The notes under the pieces were generated by a model. That model ran no database searches. It was not told where the DNA came from and saw only the letters and a program-made list of their open reading frames with translations. Shown here piece after piece: positions 20,140 to 31,726 of a stretch of DNA of 64,000 nucleotides; positions within the stretch are counted from its first letter, which is position 1; each line of letters begins with the position of its first letter. Source of the stretch: Rhodosorus marinus CCMP1338 (Eukaryota > Plantae > Rhodophyta); the NCBI GenBank assembly GCA_029953675.1, contig JAMWBK010000008.1, positions 186,001 through 250,000 of the forward strand, in the 5' to 3' direction. The translations under genes were made by a program, and so were the position numbers.

Positions 20140-23100
20140 GCTTGCAGCTGTCCCGCAGAAACTCCTGTGCCATCGGTCCAGTCCGCCCAAATGTTTCTAT
20201 TGCAATTGGGATGAACTTGTCATCCGGGTGTTCTATCGTCATCGCCTCCTTGTAGTGCGCTTTCTTCCACCTCTCTGCAAATCTTGCTGCATATCCACTC
20301 TCCCCTTCACTACCTCAGATATTCCCTTGCAAAGGAGACACAACCGTCACGTCAAGCGCATACCGTTGCAATGTCCTCGGATGCGTAGCAATGATGTCTG
20401 GCCGTAGCCCGTAGTTTTCAAACTACTTCTCTAGCTCCTGCTCGATGTCCAGAAAGTTCCACATGATCAGCCACCTTGCGATCTCCGTGCATATCTCGTC
20501 ATGCCTACGTTGCCTCAGGCCAGTCGACGTGGGGCAATGATGAAAGCGTTGTACTCCATTTGCTCCGTGTTTACCACGGCATCGAGTACATTTTTCCGTA
20601 GTCCGCAGCCCTGGAATCGGTAGCCCCAGTAGTTGTCGGATTGCCACCTGCATTTCGGTCGAGCTCAGATTTTTTCGGCCCCAACGTAGGCAGTTCGCGC
20701 AGCCAGACTCCCGATCCAGAGCCCGCCGCGGACCTGATTCGAGCGCGATGTTCGCCAGAGATGCGCGGATTGTTAACCAGGCGTTGGATTGCTGAATGGT
20801 TTGCCTCCAGAGAGAGATTTTGTTGTGTAGAACCATTATTCCAATCGCCACAGTCTTCTGGGGCGTCTCCTGGGGGGTTTTCCGTCGTCTTCTGCAGGGT
20901 GGCTAGTCTTCTGATCCGGGGCGGAGTTTCGGGGCGCAGCCTGCGTTGTATCGCTCGAGCGGATGATTTTATCTGGTCTGCAACGTGTTCTGCGGACCAT
21001 TGTAGTCGTGTCGCGGTTTTCGTAGCCGGATTTCTGTCTGTACAAACCTGCCTCTGCAGCTCAGCGAAGTAAGGCCAGTCGCCTGTCTTGCTTCGAAAGG
21101 TATTTGTCCAAGCCGAGTAGTAAGCGATAGGCTGGATACGCCGTCGAGTAGCGAACCCCAATCCACCCCACCGGCAAGTCACCGCAATCTGTTTCCAGAT
21201 GTGTCCCAGGTGCTCCTCGTCCTCCATGGCAGAGGTAGCAAGGCCTCCGAGCAAGCGTTTCAGCGCAGTACCCGAACAATGCTACCTGTGCGTTAAGTTC
21301 ATGTTGCGGTGGCTGTGTTATTTCCTTGATGAGCCTTTCGTGCTTATTTTGAAGCGCACGGCACTCGTGCTCGATATATTCCCGGTTTCCTATCGGGATC
21401 GAATGGATAGTGGCGCCTTCTCGGGTGACATGTATGCCAGGTATCTCGCGATTGATGACTCGCGCCGTCGTCAAGGCTCGGCCGAAGAGCGTGCATTTGT
21501 TGAGTTGTAGGCGGGCCCCAAGAGCTGGGAGCATAGTTCGGCTCCAGGCTAGTGCTTGCTTCAGTTCCTGCAGGGGTCCCACGATCGTAATATCGTCATG
21601 GATAGCGACAATCGTTAGATCGGAGAACTTTGTTCGCAGAGCTTTTAGGAACGGTGCGAGGGCTAGTGCATGTAGCACCGGCCCAAGAGGGTCTCCCTGT
21701 TGTACTCCCGTAGCTGCTTGGAGCGTCAGTCGTGAGTGCTCCGTTTGGTTCTCTCCAGGTGCAGAGCGCCAGCCGCAAAGCGTCGGCGAGTCCACTGCGT
21801 CGCTTCCATAGCCAAGTCTGTAAACCCCCGCAAGCTCCGGAAAGTGCTGGTCCACGAGTTTCTTGGCGAGGCGTCGATCAATCGTGTTGAATGCATTCTC
21901 GAGGTCAAGCCTAAGTGCCACCGCGTCTGGTTCACATGACAGATGGGCGTGAATCGCGCGAAGTGAGCGTTCGCATCCGCTACTGACTCCGATCCCTAGT
22001 TTTAATGGCACCAGGAGCGTGCGGTCCCTGTCGATCACCGCGCGAAGGGTCCATTGAGTCGCCACTTTTCGCAGAACTTCAGGGACGCCGATGGGCCGAA
22101 CGCCTGGGTTTTCCTGGGGAGCCGATTCCTTCGGTGGCTTCGCGAATGGTAGTAATCTGCTGCTACGCAGGGCACGCGTCAGCGGAGAGGGAAACTTCTC
22201 CGGAGCTGTCGCTAGTTGTCGCAGTACGCGGATCAAAGCCACTTGCGTCTGTTGATTGGCGCCGTGGAGATGTTCCGCGCGCATTCCACTGGGGCCTGGG
22301 CTCTTGCCCTGCGGAAGACGTGCCACAATCGACAGGAGGCCCTCATCAGCGGCTTTTGTGGCATCCCATCGGCTCTTAAGGGTCGTGTTGTAAGTGTTGT
22401 GCAGTGATTCCAGGGCCTCCGCCACCTCATCTGGTAAGTCACCTGCCGCAGGTTCTGGGAAGAGTCCTTGGAGTTGGCGCCAGGTAGTCTCAGTGAAGGG
22501 AGCCATTTCCGTTGCCTGTAGTCGACGAGCAGCGTCCGAGAGGCGACCGAGATGTGCCAGTTTCAGGGCTTGTTTCTGGCGTCCTAAAGCTTGGCGGCGA
22601 GTCGCTTCGGTTCCCGGTGGGGCAGTGTTTTGCTGCAGTAGGGACGCCCTGTCTTGAAGCGGTCCACACCGTATCGAATTCTCCTTCGAGCACATGTGTG
22701 ACCTGAATACCGATGTCAAGTGCACAACGTCCTAGCACCAGGCCTGGAAGTCCGACAAGAAGTTTCTCCTAGGCTAGCGTTGGCGGGTGCAGCTGTGTTC
22801 ATGGAAATCTCAAGAGCTGCACGAAGAAGGCGGCTCCAGGTATTGACGTGGGCACGGGGCACAAGGCGCCGTGTGGGCACCGGGCAGTGTGTTAGGCGTG
22901 TCCAATGACTGCCTCCTGTCGTAACTTGGTCAACGAAGTCGGTCCACCGTTTGAGCCAGGCTTGAAGATCCGAGAAGAACAGAGGCTCGTCGCGTCTTCG
23001 TTTGATTCCCCTTTGTCTGCTGGGCATTATTGCGTACGTGTTTCCTGGCTGTCCTGTGTGTGCATCGCGTGATGGGTGGCAGTGTGGTCGGCCTGGGGTG

Positions 23101-24658
23101 CAGTGTTGCCCTGTGGAGCCACTACGGCTGCCGGAGTCATCTCGGTATCCTAGACTGTGCCATCAGTGGATACTCGCGACCGCTTGTGTTGAGGAGGCTC
23201 GGGCAGGTTGCCAGGGGAGCTCTGCATGAGGGTTCTCCTCGGGTGCGTCCTCTTCAGGTACTTGAGAAGTCGCTAGGGGATTACCCGGAGCGTCCACTGT
23301 CCCGCGGGCAGCCCGTGCGTCCCCTGTAAGGGACGAGGCTTCAGGGTCTGCGTTCGTGGCGGCTGCAGGTGCTGGGGGTTCCGCGCTCTCCCCTTGTACC
23401 GTTGGAGTACGTTGTCTGGCTTGTAGGGCTCCGAGTCTGTTCCAGGTACTCGTGTATCGCTGCGAGAGTGTTGAACGAGAGTTGCCTTCTGCGAAGCCTC
23501 CCGCGGATCCGGATAGTCTGTTCAATGGCCCTTTTCAGGGTATGGGCCCCGATGTTCGATGGGGCAATATTGCCGTTCATTATAGCCCAACAGGTTGTCT
23601 GTATCCAATGCCTGGTCCGTGTAGAGAGGCACTTGCCGATCGGGGTGTCTCTGGGTGAACGATCCGAAAATCCCCGTGATGAAAAACGCCCCGAGAGATG
23701 GCGCTTTCTAGAATCGGAATCGCGTCCGGATGGCATAGTAAGCACGCGTGGGAAGCGATGAAGTCCGCGTGCGCCACATAAGAGCTCGGAATCCCCGAGG
23801 CTCTGCAAAGAACCGTGGTGAAATCCGATGGGGCTACCTCGTCCAGCCGTGGCGGTCTTACGTTCCTCAGGGTCGCCAGTACCGGTTTGGCCTCAGGTCC
23901 CCAGGAGGACCCTCCCACTGTGACGTGCAGCTGTCGCAGCGCGCCTGCTGGGTCTGTGGGCCTGGGCGTCCTGCTGGTCGCAGTTGAGCCTCCGATTATC
24001 GAGCTAGAGTATTTTAGACACTGCGCTGGGCGTACGTTGACCGTGTGCTGCTGGTCCCGATGGCAGGGAAGGCCGTGGCATAGTCCACTAGGCTAGGACA
24101 CCTGTCCCCTCCGGAAGTTGATTGTTGATCGGTTCTGGCGCATATTGATTGACTTTCGTCGTCCGCGGGTGCTGCTCCGCGGGTTGAGGTGAGGTCGTAG
24201 TGGCTGGTCCACCTTGCCACATGTGCGGTTTTTGGGCTAGCTCGTTGAGACGTGCTGTCACTCCTTGCAGTTCTTTCGAACAATTTATCCGCGAATAAAG
24301 GTTGAAGACTGCCTGGTAAAAGTCGACGATGTCAGTCTCGCCAATTCCCAGGGCTTGCTAGCACCGGTCGTAGCTGTGCAGCTGGTGGAGAAAGGCGGCA
24401 GCTGGGTCGGCTGCAGCCTGCCCCTCTGCTCTGTGTTCTGCATTCATCTCTGCGTCCTGTTCTGCTCCTGTATGCTGGTGCTGCTGCTGGGTGTGCTGCT
24501 GGTTCTGCTGGTGCAGTTGCAGCAGCTCTTTCTCCCGTGCGCGTGTAACCGAGGGCGGGTTTGCCGGGAGCAAAAGAGGCTCCGGGTACGGCCCGCGTAC
24601 TTCCTTCTCTATCATTGACGAATTTAGTTCCAAACCGCTATATTTTCCGATTTACCCC
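20140..24658 (-). mobile_element. Family A near-full-length degenerate copy A2 (ORF1 + RT + RLE)
   Basis: RT motifs RPIGVPEVLRK, LDLENAFNTIDR, GVQQGDPLGP, AIHDD (21061..22725). RLE at 20140-20850. Q-rich ORF1 start with an in-frame stop. Several frame breaks. Confidence 0.88.
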
Positions 24659-24742
24659 AAGAATAACCGTAAACTTCCTCCAACCCCAGATTAACGTAAC
24701 CCAGTAGCCTTTATTCGGCAGCTACCTCAGACTAACGTAACC

Positions 24743-25081
24743 GCCGCCGGGGGGGCAGCCGCTTCGGCGCTGCGTCGAGTGAAGGAACGGTGGTATGCTG
24801 AGAGTATGGCCAGTCGCCTTGCGCTGAGGGTCGCTCCCACGGGTTCCAGGCTTTGGTCACGTGGAGAAGTCGGGTTTGGAGTGGTTGCGGAAAGGTTTCA
24901 CTGTGCATCCTACCCAATACTTGGAACTCTTATGCTGTTTAAGTGTTTCCCTGTGGCGATATTCTAGCAGCATGCTTGCCGAGGCGCGCCATCGGCGTCT
25001 GGGTTTGCCTGCTTCCCTACCTAGTTATTCGTTCCTTTTCACGCCTTGCGTAGCGCTTTAGGCTATGCTAATAAAACCACC
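24743..25081 (+). mobile_element. B2 3' fragment inserted in the 16-mer, apparent TSD AACGTAAC
   Basis: KERWYAESMAS..EARHRRLG plus B-type 3' UTR. AACGTAAC at 24734-24741 and 25082-25089. Confidence 0.75.
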
Positions 25082-25118
25082 AACGTAACACCAGGTCAAG
25101 CACCAGACTAGCATATCT

Positions 25119-28100
25119 CTAAAGCCAGGGCTTTCCGTCTACGGTGTCGTTGCCCTTCCCAGCGTATATGGTTCCGTCGTGGCCGCCTCCAGTTATGATC
25201 ACGTCGTCTCCGTCCCCCCCCAGAAGGCGATCATTCCCGTTACCGGTCACTAGCTTGTCATCTCCAGGGTCTCCACCAACGGTATTGTTGCCCTCAAGGT
25301 CCCTCAAATAGTCATCTCCAGCTCCTCCGTAAAGAAAATCGTCACCATAACCGCCGTCCATAAGGTCGTCGTCGTCGCCTGGGTCGAACCTCCCACTCTC
25401 AGAATTGCCATACATTCGGTCATTCCCGCTGTCACCGTACATGGCGTCATTTCCAAGGTTTCCTTTCATGATATCGTTTCCCAGGCTTCCATGCATATGG
25501 TCGTCACCGTTGCCGCCGTGCATTTGGTCATCCTCATAGCCGCCTTCCAGAGTATCATCTCCGTCACCTCCGAAGATCTTGTCATTACCTGCACCTCCCT
25601 TGATGACGTCTGCCTTCTTCCCTCCTGTAATATGGTCATCCCCTTCATCGCCGCGCACCCTGTTCTTCCCACTAACGACGCTGATTCTGTCATTTCCATC
25701 GCCTCCGTAGATAGAATCGTTACCAAAGCCACCGATCAGGCGATCGTCTCCAGAGCCTCCCCTGATGGAGTTCTTCACGCCACCGCCCGCGATGATCTTA
25801 TCGGAACCGGCGTCACCAGAAATCCAATCGTTTCCAAACCCTCCTTCGATGTTGTCATCACCATATCCGCCGAACGCCGTATCTGACCCGTCCCCGAGAT
25901 AAATTTTATCATCTCCCCCGTCGCCGCGGACTAGGTCGCTACCCGATCCACCCCAGATCTTGTCCGCTCTGTCGCCTCCATGGATCGTATCATCACCTGC
26001 CAGGCCGTAGATCCAGTCCACGAACTCGGTACCCCTAATCACATCGTCCTTTGCAGTACCCCGGATGACGTTGACACAGTTCAGCTTAACCTCCATGGTC
26101 CGGACGATCAAATACCGACCATCCTCAGGGTCTCCCGTGACGGGCATCGCAAAATGACCGGTCGACACTCCAGCTTCACCGAAGAACGATCTCGCGGTCC
26201 AAGAATATCCAACAACTTCGTGGAAGATGCACAGCTTACTGTCACAGCAGTTCCTTCCAGCGACGATATCCTCGAGATTCAGAATGACAGTCCTCGCCGT
26301 CGCTTCCCGATCCACGTTGACTTCCTTTGTGTACAGCTCCCGACTATTTGGGATCCCACAGTTTTCGAAAACTCCAATTCGAATGCTCCTCCAGCTTTCG
26401 TTGTTTCCCATTTCGTAGTTGAGCTTCAAGGAAACTTTACCGCGCGATTTGTGAGTTGACGTACACATCCTCCCTCGTTGCCTACCTCCAGGATAGTAAG
26501 TGCCATCGCTGATCTTGTAACATGTTCTCCGGAAATTTATTGCTCGTTGGTTGGGCAGAAGTTCCTTTCGGCAATTAGAGAAGTTCTTGATTTTTGAGCC
26601 TCCAGTGGGGGCGCCACCTACAAAACGACTCATCTCTACTCCGTCTACAACGTCTCGGCCTTCATTCGGTTCCAAATTTCCATCTTGGCCGTGTCCCGTC
26701 GTGATGACATCGTTGCCCGGACCTCCCCCAAAACGGTCTATCCCGTCTCCGGCAACTATCCTGTCGTGTCCATCGCCACCTCCAAGGGTGTTGTTGCCTT
26801 CAAGGTCCTTTAGGTAGTCATTGCCCCCGTATCCAACCACGAGATCGTCCCCATAGCCGCCATCCATATGGTCGTCGTCGTCTTCGCTATTTTGGCTCGC
26901 GCCATCAGCCAGGCCAAACATTCGGTCATTCCCATCATTTCCGTACATTGTATCACTTCCCGTGCCACCATTCATGGTATCATCTCCGCGTCCGCCATGC
27001 ATAAGGTCGTCCCCGTGGCCACCGTGCATCTTGTCATCACCATCGGAGCCTACAAGAGTATCATCTCCATCATTTCCGTCCATCGTATCCCTACCGCTGC
27101 CCCCGATAATGAAGTCCGTCCTCTTCCCGCCGTCAATAATGTCATGCCCGTCCTCGCCGTACAACTTGTTATCTCCATTGGAGACTTTTATTCTGTCATT
27201 TCCGCTGCCTCCTTTGATAACGTCGTCGGACGTGCCACCGATCAGTACATCATCGCCAGCATCTCCGAAGATCCAGTTCCTCTGACCGCCTCCGGCTTTG
27301 ATCTTATCGGAACCTGGTCCACCAAGCATCTGATCGTTTCCTCCGCCTCCTCTGATGTTGTCATCGCCTTCTCCGCCATTTGCGAAATCGGAACCGTCAT
27401 CGAGATAAATTTTATCATGTCCCGCCTCGCCGCGAACATTGTCGTCGCCCGATCCACCCCAGATCTTGTCCGCTCTGTCACCGCCATAGATCACGTCATC
27501 ACCTCCCAAGCCGTAGATCCAGTCGACGAACTTGGTTCCCTTAATGACATCGTCCTTGTTCGTTCCCTTGATGACATTGACGCAGTTCAGCTTGACGTCC
27601 ATCGAGCGATATAGTGTGCTTCCTGAATAGCCTGGTCTCGGGACATCAATGTAACCCGTCTGCGCTCCAGCATCATCAAAGAACGATGTTGCTTCTTCCC
27701 CACCCTTGCCATGAACTTCGTGGTAGACACACAGCTTACTGTCACAGCAATTTGTCTGGGCCGGTATGTCCCTCAGGCACCAGACCACGCTTTTTGTTTT
27801 CTTGTTGGGACCCATTTTGATATATCTCGTGAACAGATTTTTCTTATTCGGGACCTGACAGTCTCCGAACACTCCAACTCGAATCGTCCGCCACTCCCCC
27901 ACCTTTTTGAACCGGTACTCCAGATTCAAGCACAATTCATCCTCCACCTTGATCGTTGAGCTACACATTGTTCCTACTGGCGACCCTACTGGGAAAAAAC
28001 CACTGCCAACGTGGATTTCATAACACCTCTTGCCAAAGCTTGTGTGGTGCTGGGAGGGCAGAAGTAGCTTCTTACAAGTCGAACTCCTTGCCCTGCTACT

Positions 28101-28184
28101 CTCAAAAGTTCTCACCCGTACGCCAACCACACAAGCCACAAGCGCCAGATGGAACACGACGAGCATCATCCCTTTTTCGGCCAT
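25119..28184 (-). CDS. Secreted RTX (hemolysin-type Ca-binding GGxGxD repeat) protein, 1021 aa, duplicated module
   Basis: N-terminal signal peptide. Dozens of GGxG(N/D)Dx(L/I/M) nonapeptides in two arrays, each preceded by a Cys-containing domain. Intronless ORF. Confidence 0.9.
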   Translation of the reverse strand: MAEKGMMLVVFHLALVACVVGVRVRTFESSRARSSTCKKLLLPSQHHTSFGKRCYEIHVGSGFFPVGSPVGTMCSSTIKVEDELCLNLEYRFKKVGEWRTIRVGVFGDCQVPNKKNLFTRYIKMGPNKKTKSVVWCLRDIPAQTNCCDSKLCVYHEVHGKGGEEATSFFDDAGAQTGYIDVPRPGYSGSTLYRSMDVKLNCVNVIKGTNKDDVIKGTKFVDWIYGLGGDDVIYGGDRADKIWGGSGDDNVRGEAGHDKIYLDDGSDFANGGEGDDNIRGGGGNDQMLGGPGSDKIKAGGGQRNWIFGDAGDDVLIGGTSDDVIKGGSGNDRIKVSNGDNKLYGEDGHDIIDGGKRTDFIIGGSGRDTMDGNDGDDTLVGSDGDDKMHGGHGDDLMHGGRGDDTMNGGTGSDTMYGNDGNDRMFGLADGASQNSEDDDDHMDGGYGDDLVVGYGGNDYLKDLEGNNTLGGGDGHDRIVAGDGIDRFGGGPGNDVITTGHGQDGNLEPNEGRDVVDGVEMSRFVGGAPTGGSKIKNFSNCRKELLPNQRAINFRRTCYKISDGTYYPGGRQRGRMCTSTHKSRGKVSLKLNYEMGNNESWRSIRIGVFENCGIPNSRELYTKEVNVDREATARTVILNLEDIVAGRNCCDSKLCIFHEVVGYSWTARSFFGEAGVSTGHFAMPVTGDPEDGRYLIVRTMEVKLNCVNVIRGTAKDDVIRGTEFVDWIYGLAGDDTIHGGDRADKIWGGSGSDLVRGDGGDDKIYLGDGSDTAFGGYGDDNIEGGFGNDWISGDAGSDKIIAGGGVKNSIRGGSGDDRLIGGFGNDSIYGGDGNDRISVVSGKNRVRGDEGDDHITGGKKADVIKGGAGNDKIFGGDGDDTLEGGYEDDQMHGGNGDDHMHGSLGNDIMKGNLGNDAMYGDSGNDRMYGNSESGRFDPGDDDDLMDGGYGDDFLYGGAGDDYLRDLEGNNTVGGDPGDDKLVTGNGNDRLLGGDGDDVIITGGGHDGTIYAGKGNDTVDGKPWL

Positions 28185-28586
28185 CGTGAATCGTCAATTC
28201 ACCCAGTTTCCCCGGAATCTCCTACCCACCTCCCTCCCCCGTCCTTCCGCCGGCGCCTCAGGATACGTGACAGAAGCCGACTCTCTGTAGACAGACGTCC
28301 ACCCTCTCGGTCTCAGCGACCTCCCAACCCCTTCAGCGCATCCCCCAATCCCACTTCCATTTCATCCCTCCTTCTAATGCATTCGTTGGATACTTCACCT
28401 TCAGATATCGGAACCGCGACACACCTTGCACCGCACGGAATCTTTTGCTTCCCCAAACCCCCCGCCCGGTTTTTTTATAGCCCCTTCTCCATTTCCACTT
28501 AAAAAACTTCGATTCATTCCATCCCAACCCCCTCTTCCTCCATCTCCCGAAAAAGGTAAAAACAATTCGTTCTTATACAAAGCATC

Positions 28587-28935
28587 AATTGTGTATATAG
28601 ACCGAGTAGTACTTTTCTCATTGAATGAATTGTTTATGTATGCAGAATAATATATCGGCGAAAAGGGAGCGGGTATTTTCGCTACACTGACTTTTCACTA
28701 CACTGTACCACCCCCCACCCCCCAGTACGCCTGAATGTGAATGAAGAAGGTTAGAAAAACCAATGTTTTGCTGAGCATCCTGTTGAATATTTGGAACTTT
28801 TGCGTCGTTTAAGCGTCTCTCTGTGGCGCTACTCGAGCAGCATGCTTGCTCAGGCGCGCCATAGGCGCCCAAGGCATGAATTGTGTATATAAACCGAGTA
28901 GTACTTTTCTCATTGAATGAATTGTTTATGTATGC
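28587..28935. repeat. 57-bp direct repeat pair flanking a segment with a B2 remnant
   Basis: 28587-28643 and 28879-28935 differ by one base. B2-like sequence lies at about 28780-28875. Confidence 0.85.
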
Positions 28936-29060
28936 CATTCGCGGTAAGGTTGCTATAGAGTTTTGCTCTACTCATTCATTCAACAAATTCATTCATTAAA
29001 CAAATTCACCCATTCAAGAGGAGCATGCTGTGACAAAGGAAATTCGCACTATTGGTGAAT

Positions 29061-30005
29061 CGCACGGATGACTTGCAAAACACCCTTTCTTGGGACTTGC
29101 ACTACGATGCCTACCGCCAACTTCTCGCGCAGATGGTCTCATCTTCCCCAGATCGCGTCCGCCTGCGGAGTCTTGGATGGTGTATCAGCTCACTGGGGCG
29201 CATGGCTGTCCCCGCTTTTCCGCCACTCACACTCACAGATTTCGAAGTGCGCACTTCTCTGCGTTTATACCTCGGCTTGCATCAGCCGCCCTAGCCTTCC
29301 GAGATGGGTTCACCGTCCCCTCTATGCTCTCAGAACGAATATACCGCGGATTTTGGCGCCCGTGTGCTCGCCAGCTGCCGCGCTGTGAACGGCCCCCAAA
29401 CCCGACGACATTACGCGGATCTTGAACCTGTTATACCGCGTTCTTTGACCTATCGCACGGCAAGCCGGTCTTGAAATAGAACATGAGTGGCCCCTGCCTG
29501 TCACAGACTACCAGAATGATGAAAGCCGGGTGGCTGACCTCGTGGTCATCTGTGACGATAGCCGCCGTACGACGTTCGTTGATCTTGTTGCTCCTAATCC
29601 TCAGGCTAGTCGATCTTTGCCGGCTGCGGAAGAGCGCCGTGGATTTGCCGCTGCCAATATGAGATGTCGCGGAGAGTTGAAATATGCGGGGGCCCTGTCT
29701 TCCCCAGGTAATGGTGCTTCGGCTCTAGCTCATCGCCTGGTACCTCTGTGGTCATTGAGTGCTTTGGGTCTCCGATTAAACCATTCGTTCGGGTTTATCG
29801 AGGGGATTCCTTTGGTTCTCGTTGGCTTCGGGAATTGTTCCTCGAACGCCCTGACAGTCTGTCCTCGTTGTTTACCCGTTTAAGTTTCTTGCCGTGGCGT
29901 ATGAACGCCGCTTTGATGTTGGAGGCGCGCGATCTTCGCCGCGCTTAGTCTTTTTTTTCCCCTACGCGTTTTTTTCTTTCAGCCTCCGATTAAACCAATT
30001 CGTTC
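29061..30005 (+). mobile_element. Family C 5'-truncated copy (RLE region), 10-bp TSD ATTGGTGAAT
   Basis: TSD at 29051-29060 and 30006-30015. VADLVVICDD..TFVDL motif. 3' end CCGATTAAACCAATTCGTTC. Confidence 0.85.
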
Positions 30006-30374
30006 ATTGGTGAATTTATGGCAATTTGATGACAAAATATTACGAACCAAAAAGGTTGATACCCGAGTACACTTAGTCGACAATTATGAACCAAAAAAAA
30101 AAAAAACGCGAGTACACTTCGCTGTGAATATTCACGGAACCGCAAAAACTAGAATAACACAATAAAATACATATAAATCGTACTAGGTTTTTAACCGAAA
30201 GACTTTATTCTTCAACAATTGGATACCCTTAACATGGATTGTAGATAATAAATATCCTCACATCCAATTGTTCGAACGAATGGTCCAATTGTTAATGTTA
30301 TACTCATATGAAAAATGGTTTAAATTTATTTTTAATCATTCTTATGTTTATTTTCGGGTAACGAGTGCGGTGAC

Positions 30375-31715
30375 TTGTTAGATCAGGGGTACCAAGCGAT
30401 GTGCTAGTGCCGAAGCACGAACACCAGGGGAAGACAAAGCCCCCGCGTATTTGATCTCTTTGCGTCGTCGCATACTGGCGGCGGCAGATCCACGGCGCTC
30501 CCCCGCAGCCGGGAGATAACGAATAGCTTGAGGATTAGGAACAGCAAGATCAACGTATGTGGTACGGCGGCTGTCGTCACAGGTGATCACCAGGTCGGCT
30601 ACACGGCGTTCATCATTTTGAAAGTCCGCGACGGGTAAAGGTTTTTCACGTTCGATTTCCAGACCGGCTTGCCGGACTATAGGCCGAAGTTCCCGGTATA
30701 ACAGGTTCAAGATCCGTGCATGGCGGCGGGTTCGAGCACCTTTCACCGCCGGGCAACTAGCGAGCAGGTGGGCGCCAAAATCTGCGTTATCTTCAGTCTG
30801 AGAGCAGAGAGGGCACGACGAACCCATCTCGTACGGCCAGGGGGGCTGATGTAAGCCGAGGTATAAGCGCAGTGAAGTACGCACTTCGAAATCCGACAGT
30901 GTGAGTGGCAGAAAGGCTGGTACGGTCATGAGCCACTGAGAGCTAATAACCCCTCCAAGACTACGTAGGCGGGCGTGAGCGCGAGAAGATGAGACCATCT
31001 GCGCGAGGAGTCGGCCATATGCAGCACGGTGCAAGTCCCAAGAGAGGATATTTTGCAGCGCATCCGTGCGTGCTTGAGCTCGGCTCCCAGCGCGCTGGGA
31101 ATCATCAGGAGGATCAACTGGAACTTCTTCTTCTGCGGCAACCACTGGGTCAATCTCCACTAGAACAGGTTCAGGCGCAGGACGAATCCCCGGGGCGGAG
31201 CCTCGAGAGCGGTCAAATACAGCTCGCCAGTCAGGAAGACGGGGTTGAACGGTTTCGGGGAGACTAGTACAGGAATTCAGGGCGGCTTGGAGCTCCAGAA
31301 ACAAGTCTTGGGCGCTTTCCGGTACGCAGGGAAGCAAGACACCCCGCGAGAGCCTCGCCATCAAATTGCGGAGCTTCGAGATACCCAAACTGCTCAAAGT
31401 GGGAAGCGCGGTTCCCCAGGCCACTACTGCGGCTGCGGGTTGGACCACAACACGGTTGCAGAGGCTCAGTCCCCCCAATCGCAATGGGAGGCCTACCTGG
31501 GCGCGCACAACATCACAGGTGGGTCGCGACAGAGCGCTCAGCTCCTCATCGAGAAAATACCCAAGGTCACGGAAACTTTCAGCATCCGCACGAGTGGCCA
31601 ACCACCGGCCCCAATGAGTTGGGAGTGAGCGGAGCCAATAGGTTAACCGCTGACTGCAACAATACCGAAACAACAACAACGAGCACTGGAGGAAGCCCGG
31701 AGGTAGAATCGGTGT
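30375..31715 (-). mobile_element. Family C internal fragment (RT C-terminus + RLE)
   Basis: RLTYWLRSLP..AQVGLPLRLGG, CPLC..HLLASC, VADLV..YVDLAVPNP. Homologous to but distinct from B ORF2. Confidence 0.85.
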
Positions 31716-31726
31716 TTATCTCTCTT

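Noticed and set aside
26868-27614. 248-aa plus-strand hydrophobic ORF
   Set aside because: Antisense of Gly/Asp-rich RTX repeats.
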